Source: Bacteroidales bacterium (GTDB lineage: Bacteria > Bacteroidota > Bacteroidia > Bacteroidales > UBA932). Taken from it: 64,000 bases of DNA. Under the pieces are notes generated by a model, which was given only the letters and a program-made list of their open reading frames with translations, was not told where the DNA came from and made no database searches. The DNA is taken from contig JAFRXC010000002.1 in the NCBI GenBank assembly GCA_017437825.1, forward strand, positions 14,421 to 78,420. Reading direction: 5' to 3'. The position numbers were made by a program, and so were the translations under genes. This document shows, piece by piece, positions 24,983-32,108 of the stretch; position 1 is the stretch's first letter; every line of letters starts with the position of its first letter.

Positions 24983-25915
24983 TCATGGTGTGACGGCAAC
25001 GTAATTGAAAATGCTACGGCAGACTTCTGCCGAGAATTTCCCGGCAGTGCCGATGAGGGCTGCCCAGGCCTCCCCGTCCAGTCTGGAGATGTCTGCACGG
25101 GTGATTCCATTGCTGATCAGGGAGTATATGAATCCGGCGTTGAAACTGTCTCCGGCGCCTATCGTTGATACTGTTTCCGCTCTTTCGACTGGGAAGACCA
25201 TATGGGATTCTCCGGTGAAGACGTGGACGGGTTCAGCTCCGCAGGTACAGATGAAGTTCTGGCAGAGCGGGGATATGAAGTCCTTGTAAATAATTACCGG
25301 GTCTTGTGTCCCGAAGAGGTATCCGAAGTCTTCGTCAGAGCCCCTGACAAAGTCGCTCAGGCGGCAGTTTTCCTGGATGGATGGAAGGATTTGCTTTAGT
25401 TCTGATATATGTGACTTTCGGAAGTTGATGTCGTAGTAGATTATGGCTCCTGCTTCCCTTGCTTCGTTGAGCAGTCGCGAGGTGAATGGCCGGATGACGG
25501 GGTTGACGGCGAAGTATGAGCCGAAGAGAACAATGTCATCGGGCTTGAAGGTGATCCCTTCCAGGGTTCCGGGGTTCAGCTCAGCGTGTGAGTGATCTTT
25601 GTAGAATTCGTAGTCGGCGTTGTTGTCCTTGTCAAGGAAGGCCATTGAAACGTGGCTCTGGCTTGCGGGCCTTCGGGTAACGGCTGAGGAGGATACACCG
25701 TTCTGCTCCATGAAATTGGTTATGATGTCAGCTATGTGGTCGTCACCCACCTCGCTGACCATACGTATGCCTACCTGAGGGAATTGCCTGCCCACAGTCC
25801 TGCCTATGGATATCATTGCATTGAACGTGGAGCCGCCGGGTACGGCAGCCATTGGCTGGTCATCCTTGAAGATCACATCCAGTACCGTCTCTCCTATGCC
25901 GGTGATAGTTCTCAT
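24983..25915 (-). CDS. PfkB-family carbohydrate kinase (fructokinase-like)
   Basis: GIGETVLD, PGGS, YDINFR, STIGAGDSF. Confidence 0.9.
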   Translation of the reverse strand: MRTITGIGETVLDVIFKDDQPMAAVPGGSTFNAMISIGRTVGRQFPQVGIRMVSEVGDDHIADIITNFMEQNGVSSSAVTRRPASQSHVSMAFLDKDNNADYEFYKDHSHAELNPGTLEGITFKPDDIVLFGSYFAVNPVIRPFTSRLLNEAREAGAIIYYDINFRKSHISELKQILPSIQENCRLSDFVRGSDEDFGYLFGTQDPVIIYKDFISPLCQNFICTCGAEPVHVFTGESHMVFPVERAETVSTIGAGDSFNAGFIYSLISNGITRADISRLDGEAWAALIGTAGKFSAEVCRSIFNYVAVTP

Positions 25916-26060
25916 ATTGTAAATATAGTAAAAGAACTCGAGATGGGTATTATTCCGTACGCTTACAAAGAATATTTCTACAACTGGAATCTAGCCAATT
26001 GTGCGAGGTTTTTTTCTTCATAATTATTGATCTGTGACATAAATTGACAAATTGGAACCA

Positions 26061-26068
26061 TACCTTTG
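26061..26068 (+). promoter_or_regulatory. -7 promoter element
   Basis: TACCTTTG, 16 nt upstream of the micro-ORF at 26085. Confidence 0.6.
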
Positions 26069-26084
26069 CAACAGCTAAACAAAA

Positions 26085-26183
26085 ATGACAAGCATTATGA
26101 CACAGCAGGAAATCCAATTCATTAGCGCCAGTGAAGAGCTTCAAGCACTAATCAATGACCTGGATCTTGAACCGATTGCATAA
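26085..26183 (+). CDS. Putative 32-aa acidic microprotein
   Basis: MTSIMTQQEIQFISASEELQALINDLDLEPIA*, preceded by a promoter element and an A-rich leader. Confidence 0.4.
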   Translation: MTSIMTQQEIQFISASEELQALINDLDLEPIA

Positions 26184-26199
26184 TTAAAGAATATTGGAT

Positions 26200-26280
26200 A
26201 TGTGGAGAGTTTTTATAGTGGTAGGCTTCCTATGCCTGATTATTGACGCCATCCAGGTTGACGGCAAGTACAAGTATTAG
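26200..26280 (+). CDS. Putative 26-aa hydrophobic membrane peptide
   Basis: MWRVFIVVGFLCLIIDAIQVDGKYKY*, 16 nt after the previous stop. Confidence 0.35.
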   Translation: MWRVFIVVGFLCLIIDAIQVDGKYKY

Positions 26281-26295
26281 TTTATAAACTAACCT

Positions 26296-26303
26296 TATAT
26301 TTG
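26296..26303 (+). promoter_or_regulatory. -7 promoter element of the riboswitch transcript
   Basis: TATATTTG, 8 nt upstream of riboswitch P1. Confidence 0.65.
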
Positions 26304-26311
26304 TAGAGAAA

Positions 26312-26402
26312 GCATCAAGAGTCCCCCTTGAGGGGCGCCAACCGAGCAGGCCAGATGCCACGGTGGCAAAACGATGCGGATGTTCAATCAAAAACAAATC
26401 TG
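26312..26402 (+). ncRNA. SAM-I/IV-type riboswitch
   Basis: P1 GCATC(26312)/GATGC(26373); AUCAAGAG core; P2 CCCC-ttga-GGGG; P3 GCCAACC(26337)/GGTGGC(26362); L3 CAGAT complementary to ATCTG(26398-26402), giving the PK-2 pseudoknot. Confidence 0.8.
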
Positions 26403-26406
26403 TATC

Positions 26407-26949
26407 ATGAGCAAGTACAATTACTTCAGACAGGGCTTTCTTTGCCCTGACGAGGAGCAGCGTCTCCTCACTAAACAGTTCTACAACAACGCTTTCGAGA
26501 TCTATGCTCGTTTTGATGACTGGAAAGACGATGACAGGTTCTATTTCATCCCCTTGTATATGAGGATGACTTACTCCGTTCAGGGCATGGTATTAGAGAT
26601 GGCTCCGGACCCGGTGTGGATGGGATCATTCGTCCGATGCAGCCTGGAGCACCCAGAGCTTTTCCAAATCACGTGTCCAAGATGCAAGAGGAAAATATTT
26701 CCATACCACTGTGTCGGCTCACCTCTCAGCGGCAGGGTGGATCTAACATATAGATGCAAGTGTGGAAAGAAGGGGTACGCGGTTGTATCCGGATGGCAAA
26801 TTCGGGCCGATGCTTTGCGGGACCAAGTGGAAATGGACAAGGTTAGGAACTGTGAGTTCATACAGGAAAATCTTGGAGGAGATCAAACTGCTGATATCAA
26901 TGAATTGATGAGTTTTCTAAGGAAGGAGAGGATACCCCAGAGCGGATAA
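26407..26949 (+). CDS. Hypothetical protein with Zn-ribbon-like motif
   Basis: 180-aa ORF from MSKYNY containing CPRC...CKC. The upstream ATG at 26374 lies inside riboswitch P1. Confidence 0.7.
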   Translation: MSKYNYFRQGFLCPDEEQRLLTKQFYNNAFEIYARFDDWKDDDRFYFIPLYMRMTYSVQGMVLEMAPDPVWMGSFVRCSLEHPELFQITCPRCKRKIFPYHCVGSPLSGRVDLTYRCKCGKKGYAVVSGWQIRADALRDQVEMDKVRNCEFIQENLGGDQTADINELMSFLRKERIPQSG

Positions 26950-26964
26950 TACTCTTTTTGAGCC

Positions 26965-27116
26965 AACACGAAATTCGGAAGCCCAGGCAGGGTGCATTCT
27001 ATAGCACTGTAGGGCATGTTTGCGGGGCTACTGAGGCGAAATTGCCTCGGAAGCCCAGGGGAAGACCATTGCAGGGTGGTACGATGCCTATTGGGTGGGC
27101 TTCCGATTTTTGGGTT
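26965..27116. repeat. Structured intergenic element with terminal inverted repeats (REP/MITE-like)
   Basis: TCGGAAGCCCA at 26975 and 27047, inverted copy TGGGCTTCCGA at 27096; internal hairpin CTGAGGC-gaaatt-GCCTCGG. Confidence 0.6.
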
Positions 27117-27171
27117 CGTTTGATTTGAACTAGGGAGATGCTGTTTGCTGGGATAGGGGAAAGGATACACT

Positions 27172-27960
27172 CTAATTTTTGAGAAAGAAATCCAAACGGT
27201 ATACTATTGCGGAATGCGATAAGTAATCATCCAGTTTATTCTTTTGCGCCTGATTGACAAATACTTTGGCTCTACCTTGTTTTGGTTCCAGTCCTCCCAA
27301 ATCCATAGATTGGTCACCCATGATCCATTGTGTCATGGACAAATCCATAGTATCTATCATATTTCCTCTGCAACTAATTGTGTGCAACTGGGTGTTCTGT
27401 GCTAAATCTATGGATTTCAACTGATTGTTGCCACAACTGAGATATCTCAGCATGGAGAGTGACGATACATTCAGAGAAGTCAGTTGATTGCTCCTGCATT
27501 CCAAACCCGTCAACCGTGTGTTATTTGACACATCAAGTGAAGTCAACTGGTTGATGCCACATTCAAGCAGCTCCAATAGGGGATTATTAGAGACATCAAG
27601 GGACTTCAGTTGATTATTGGAGCATTTAAGCGTTTTTAATTTCTTATTACTTGAAACATCCAAGACAGTCAATTGACATTGCCGACAATCAAGTTCCTCC
27701 AGATTAGGGAAGTATTCAAGTCCATTAAGGGCTTGGATCCTATACCCCAATAAGCCTATATAGGTAACCTCGGCTGCCTCCTCCATGGAAACTTTCATGT
27801 CATGATTGAAATCGAAGTTCCGGTAACAATACTCCTTGAAATCGTCATTAGCTATCACCGAGCACACATCTTCCACATATGGAAGTTGCTCTTCCTTCTC
27901 ACAAGAAACCATTACAATCAGACCAAGCAGGAATATTACAGCATAGAATAACCGTTTCAT
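27172..27960 (-). CDS. Leucine-rich-repeat lipoprotein
   Basis: Lipobox MVSC; repeated NQLTSLDVSNN..L..L.C 21-aa units; visibly AT-richer than flanking genes. Confidence 0.88.
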   Translation of the reverse strand: MKRLFYAVIFLLGLIVMVSCEKEEQLPYVEDVCSVIANDDFKEYCYRNFDFNHDMKVSMEEAAEVTYIGLLGYRIQALNGLEYFPNLEELDCRQCQLTVLDVSSNKKLKTLKCSNNQLKSLDVSNNPLLELLECGINQLTSLDVSNNTRLTGLECRSNQLTSLNVSSLSMLRYLSCGNNQLKSIDLAQNTQLHTISCRGNMIDTMDLSMTQWIMGDQSMDLGGLEPKQGRAKVFVNQAQKNKLDDYLSHSAIVYRLDFFLKN

Positions 27961-28044
27961 AATAATTGTCAAATCTCGTAGCAATAATACTAATTGCATC
28001 AATTATTACCAAATAACACTTAACAATGTTACAGTTTAGACTTA

Positions 28045-28126
28045 CGGGCACGAAAATGGGTCTATTGGTGCCCGGAGAGGTGAAAAATGGGCTTTCGGGC
28101 ACAAAAAGGGGCTTTCTGGTGCCCGA
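28045..28126. repeat. Two tandem REP-like hairpins
   Basis: CGGGCAC-N16-GTGCCCG at 28045-28074 and TCGGGCAC-N16-GTGCCCGA at 28095-28126. Confidence 0.7.
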
Positions 28127-28146
28127 GAGAATCTTGAATGGAAGGG

Positions 28147-28375
28147 CTCCTACAGGATTAGCCATCGCTGCGCGATGCCTCTTCCTGGACGTCGTCACGG
28201 CAAAGCATAAAGCGCAGAAAACGCACGTGGTCGCTTCGCTCCCACTCTGCGTTTCCCATAAGTCCCCCCTTACAAAAGCAAGCTTTTGACGGGTGTCCTT
28301 ACGTGAAACGCCCCGCAAAAATGCGGGGCGTTTTCTGCGCTTTTTGGTGTTTGCGCTGGTGACTCCTACAGGATT
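28147..28375. mobile_element. Small non-coding element bounded by a 13-bp duplication of the tRNA 3' end (att-like)
   Basis: CTCCTACAGGATT at 28147-28159 and at 28363-28375 (inside the tRNA); internal 16-bp perfect inverted repeat 28209-28224/28328-28343. Confidence 0.55.
28305..28334 (-). terminator. Terminator-like hairpin downstream of the tRNA
   Basis: AAACGCCCCGCA-aaaa-TGCGGGGCGTTT. Confidence 0.7.
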
Positions 28376-28433
28376 CAAACCTGTAACCTTCTGATCTGTA
28401 GTCAGATGCTCTAGTCAGTTGAGCTAAGGAGCC
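28357..28433 (-). tRNA. tRNA with Arg(ACG)-type body but anticodon ACA (nominally Cys); encoded CCA
   Basis: GGCTCCT TA GCTC AACTGACTA GAGC A TCTGA CT-ACA-GA TCAGA AGGTT ACAGG TTTGAAT CCTGT AGGAGTC A CCA; intact cloverleaf. Confidence 0.9.
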
Positions 28434-28463
28434 GTTATGCGGGCAGTGCAGCCCGCGATGTTA

Positions 28464-28838
28464 CTATTCGGCCTTCTTGGCGACGAACTTCTTCTCCTTG
28501 ATGCGGGCCTTCTTACCTGAGAGGTCGCGGAGGTAGAATATGCGTGCGCGGCGAACTTTACCGTACTTGTTGATCTCTATCTTCTCGATGCTGGGGGACT
28601 GGTAAGGGAAGATCTTCTCGACTCCGATACCACTTGATACCTTGCGCACGGTGAATGTGCGGGTGTATGGTGTAGCACCGCTGATCTGGATGACGGTTCC
28701 CCTGAAATTCTGCAGGCGGAATTTGTCACCTTCTTTAATCTTTGAGGTCACGGTGATGGTGTCACCGGCCTTGAAATCGGGGTAGGAGGCAACTTTCTCG
28801 TTTGCGAAAGACTGCTCTACAACTTTAATCAAATCCAT
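28464..28838 (-). CDS. rplS: 50S ribosomal protein L19
   Basis: FKAGDTI, KIKEG..RLQNF, TFTVRK, GKVRRARIFYLR. Confidence 0.97.
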   Translation of the reverse strand: MDLIKVVEQSFANEKVASYPDFKAGDTITVTSKIKEGDKFRLQNFRGTVIQISGATPYTRTFTVRKVSSGIGVEKIFPYQSPSIEKIEINKYGKVRRARIFYLRDLSGKKARIKEKKFVAKKAE

Positions 28839-28860
28839 AATGCTTGTTTGCTCTAAAAGT

Positions 28861-28913
28861 GCAGCGTCATTGACCCGTTCAAAGAGAGGCTGCTGAAATG
28901 GACTGCAAAGGTA
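28861..28913 (-). promoter_or_regulatory. rplS promoter and structured 5' leader
   Basis: TACCTTTG on minus strand at 28906-28913; GCAGC...GCTGC stem at 28861-28893 in the leader. Confidence 0.55.
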
Positions 28914-28939
28914 TAAATAATTTTTTAGCCAGCAAATAT

Positions 28940-30121
28940 TTAAAAGATATTTTTTTCCTTATCGAACCAGGCTTTGTCCTCCCTGGACAGATCTGGTTTG
29001 AAGGAACTGCTGGAACGCATCTCTTCAAGCTTTTCCTTTTCTGAGCGGGACAGCTTGCGGGGCATCCATACAAGGATCTTGACATACTGGTCGCCTCTGC
29101 CGTAACCGTTCAGGGAAGGCATTCCCTTGCCTCTAAGTCGTACGATTGTTCCTGACTGGGTGCCGGCTTCTATCTTGAGGTTCTCGCTGCCTCCCAAGGT
29201 AGGAACGCTGATGGTTGTGCCAAGCATAGCGTCCATCGCGGAAATGAGAGCAGTGTAATACAGGTTGTTGCCGTCGCGTTTGAGGTACTGGTGCTCTATG
29301 GCCTCCACTATCACCAGGAGGTCTCCGTTGGCGCCGTTATGTGGCGCTGAATGGCCTTCTGAGCGTATCGACAGCTGCATTCCATCCTCTACTCCGGCGG
29401 GAATCTTGACCTTCACGGTCTCGCGCTTGCGTACCAGTCCCGTGCCTCCGCAGTGGCGGCAGGGGTTGGAAACCACCTTGCCCTCTCCGTTGCACTGCGG
29501 ACAGGTGGTGTACGTCATAGTACGCCCGAACAGGGTGTTAGCCACGTGCTGCACCTGGCCGCTGCCTTTGCAGGTAGGGCAGGTCTTTATGTCGGATGCG
29601 TTCTTGGTGCCCTTGCCGTCGCAGTCGGGGCAGGGGCGGTTGCGCTCAATGCTCACCTCCTTCTCGGCGCCGTTGGCCATCTCTTCCAGCGTGAGTTTCA
29701 CGCGTGTGCGGATGTCGCGGCCGCGATAGGACCTCTGTCCGGAATTGCTGCCGCTGGAGCCGAAGCCGCCGAAACCGCCGAACCCTCCGAATCCGCCGAA
29801 GGCTCCTCCGAACAGATTGTTGAGGATGTCGTTGAGGCTGCCGAAGCCCTGGCTGAAGTCGAAACCTCCGCCGGCTCCGTCCACGCCCGCGAAACCGAAC
29901 TGGTCGTACTTGGCCCTCTTGTCAGGATCGCTGAGCACGGAGTAAGCCTCGGAGGCTTCCTTGAACTTGTCCTCCGCGGTCTTCTTCTCCTGCTCGGTGC
30001 CGTCGACCCACTTGTCCGGATGCCATTTGATGGCAGCCTTGCGGTACGCGCTTTTTATTTCGTCTGCCGAGGCCTGCTTGTTTATACCAAGGACTTCGTA
30101 GTAATCTCTTTTTTCTGCCAT
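28940..30121 (-). CDS. dnaJ: Chaperone DnaJ
   Basis: J domain with HPD, G/F-rich region, four CxxCxGxG repeats. Confidence 0.97.
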   Translation of the reverse strand: MAEKRDYYEVLGINKQASADEIKSAYRKAAIKWHPDKWVDGTEQEKKTAEDKFKEASEAYSVLSDPDKRAKYDQFGFAGVDGAGGGFDFSQGFGSLNDILNNLFGGAFGGFGGFGGFGGFGSSGSNSGQRSYRGRDIRTRVKLTLEEMANGAEKEVSIERNRPCPDCDGKGTKNASDIKTCPTCKGSGQVQHVANTLFGRTMTYTTCPQCNGEGKVVSNPCRHCGGTGLVRKRETVKVKIPAGVEDGMQLSIRSEGHSAPHNGANGDLLVIVEAIEHQYLKRDGNNLYYTALISAMDAMLGTTISVPTLGGSENLKIEAGTQSGTIVRLRGKGMPSLNGYGRGDQYVKILVWMPRKLSRSEKEKLEEMRSSSSFKPDLSREDKAWFDKEKNIF

Positions 30122-30124
30122 TGT

Positions 30125-30655
30125 TTATGCTCCTACTACAACTTTAGCATACCTGATGACCTTGCCGTTGAGAGTGTAGCCTGTCTGGACCACCTCCAGC
30201 ACGGTGCCTTTGTCCTTCTCCTCAGGAGCGGGGAACTGGGACACGGCCTCGTGGAAATCAGTGTCGAATACCTTTCCCTTTGCCTCGATTACCTCCAGGC
30301 CCTTGCCTTTGAGGTATCCCATCAACTTATTGTAAATGAGAGAGGTTCCCTCTTTCGCGGCTTCGTCGGAAGAACTTTCGAGCATCTTGATAGCCCTTTC
30401 GCAGTCGTCCAGGACGGGAAGCATTCCCTTGATGGTGTCTGCCGATGCGGAGCCCACCAGGTTCAGCCTGTCTTCGGCGGTGCGGCGCCTGAATGTCTCG
30501 AACTCTGCCAGGAGCTTGAGATTGTCTTCCTTGAGTTTATCTATCTGTTCGTTTGCTTTCTTCAGTTCCTCTTCCATCGCCTTGATTTTCTTTTGGGATG
30601 AGGAGGCGTTTTTCTTTACTGATTTCTCTTCAGTCTTCTCTTCGTTATTGGCCAT
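30125..30655 (-). CDS. grpE: Nucleotide exchange factor GrpE
   Basis: AEFETFRRR, LPVLDD.ERA, FD..HEAV, GY.LNGKVIR.AKVVV; adjacent to dnaJ. Confidence 0.95.
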   Translation of the reverse strand: MANNEEKTEEKSVKKNASSSQKKIKAMEEELKKANEQIDKLKEDNLKLLAEFETFRRRTAEDRLNLVGSASADTIKGMLPVLDDCERAIKMLESSSDEAAKEGTSLIYNKLMGYLKGKGLEVIEAKGKVFDTDFHEAVSQFPAPEEKDKGTVLEVVQTGYTLNGKVIRYAKVVVGA

Positions 30656-30746
30656 AGTGATGAAGTTTTCAAATATATACCGATAGCAGACCATCAAAGA
30701 ATCTGCCATCCGGCTGAATATGACAAAGTGGCAGTAATCCTACGGA

Positions 30747-32108
30747 TTATTCCCTGAAGAACTTGTCAACGGCAGACACAGACGCGGGGAGCGCGAACAC
30801 GGCCACGCGGTCGTATGCCTCTATCTGGGTGTCTCCCACGGCTATCATAGACTCGCTTCCGCGGATGACGCCGCCTATGATGGCGTTCTCCGGGAAATTG
30901 AGGTCCTTGAGAGGCTTCTTTGTGATGGGACTGCCCGGAGATACGGTGTATTCCAGGATCTCTGCGTCGGTTCCGCCCATATACTTGACGAAGCGGGCCT
31001 TTCCGCTGAGGGTGAACTTGAATATCCTTCCTGCCGTGATGAGTTTCTTGTTGATGACGGTGTCGACTCCCATCTCCTCTGCAAGGTGTATGTATTCTAT
31101 GTTCTCCACCTCGGCAATGGTGCGGTTGACTCCCAGTTTGTGAGCCACAACGCAGCTGAGGATGTTGGTCTCGTCGCTGTCAGTTACCGCCACGAACGCA
31201 TCGTAGTCCTTGATTGACTCGTCTATGAGGAAGTCCGAGTTGCGTCCGTCTCCGTTGGATACCAGGATGCTCTCGGGTAGCTCTTCTGACAGTTCAATGC
31301 AACGGGCCTTGTCCTTGTCTATGATCTTGACGTTGGACATTTTCTGGTACAGGGACTTTGCCAGCAGTTCTCCAATCTCGGAACCGCCGTAAATCATCAC
31401 CTTGTCAATCTCCACCTTCTTGCAGCCGAAATACTCCATCAGGGGAGCGATACCTTCACGCTTGGCAATGGTGAAGACCAGGTCGTGATACAGGAACTTG
31501 GTGTCGTATTTAGGGATGATTGTCTGGTCGTTGCGGGTGATGGCGATGGCCCTGAACTGGATGTCGTTCTCCTGGGCGAGAGCCGCAAACTCTGCCAGCG
31601 TCATATCCAGGAGCTGGGACTCGTCTTCCATCTTGAAGGCTGCGATCTGGAGCCTTCCGTGGGCGAAGTCAAGGGATTCCGAGCCAGCAGTATGCCTGAG
31701 CTGTTCAGTTATCTCGTCGGCGGCAATCTTCTCAGGGTAGAACATCAGCTCTATGCCCATCTCCTTGAAAAGGACCTTGTTCTCCGCGTTGAGGTATTCC
31801 TCCTCGTTTATGCGGACGGTCACTTTCTTGGCGCCGAGGTTCTTGGCAAGGATGGCGCTGACGATGTTGATCTCCTGGATCATTGCCGGATATACGGCAA
31901 CGAAGAGATCGGCCCCGGGGACTCCTGCCTCACGCAGGACGCTGATGGATGTGGGGCTGCCCTGTACTGTTGCCACGTCCGCGAGTGTCACCACGCGCGC
32001 AAGGCGCTGGGGATCCTTGTCCACAACGGTGATTTCGCTGCCTTCGTTCGCCAGCATTTTTGCTAGGTGTGAGCCAACTTCTCCGGCTCCGACGATAACT
32101 ATTCTCAT
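30747..32108 (-). CDS. trkA: Trk potassium uptake protein TrkA
   Basis: MRIVIVGAGEVG, two RCK N/C pairs, 453 aa. Confidence 0.93.
   Translation of the reverse strand: MRIVIVGAGEVGSHLAKMLANEGSEITVVDKDPQRLARVVTLADVATVQGSPTSISVLREAGVPGADLFVAVYPAMIQEINIVSAILAKNLGAKKVTVRINEEEYLNAENKVLFKEMGIELMFYPEKIAADEITEQLRHTAGSESLDFAHGRLQIAAFKMEDESQLLDMTLAEFAALAQENDIQFRAIAITRNDQTIIPKYDTKFLYHDLVFTIAKREGIAPLMEYFGCKKVEIDKVMIYGGSEIGELLAKSLYQKMSNVKIIDKDKARCIELSEELPESILVSNGDGRNSDFLIDESIKDYDAFVAVTDSDETNILSCVVAHKLGVNRTIAEVENIEYIHLAEEMGVDTVINKKLITAGRIFKFTLSGKARFVKYMGGTDAEILEYTVSPGSPITKKPLKDLNFPENAIIGGVIRGSESMIAVGDTQIEAYDRVAVFALPASVSAVDKFFRE

Noticed and set aside
26961-27123. Integron attC site
   Set aside because: Ends (AGCCAAC / GTTCGTT) do not fit RYYYAAC...GTTRRRY and no integrase is in the window
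26965-28343. Possible CRISPR array among the palindromic repeats
   Set aside because: At most two or three units per family, no regular repeat-spacer period, no cas genes
27899-28378. 159-aa and 87-aa ORFs across the repeats and tRNA 3' end
   Set aside because: They are translations of palindromic non-coding DNA and overlap the tRNA or the repeats
28357-28433. Genome-wide reassignment of Cys or UGA codons
   Set aside because: DnaJ and SlyD motif cysteines use TGC/TGT, and several conserved genes (ABC-F, tldD, rfbA, pfkB) end at TGA at the expected length
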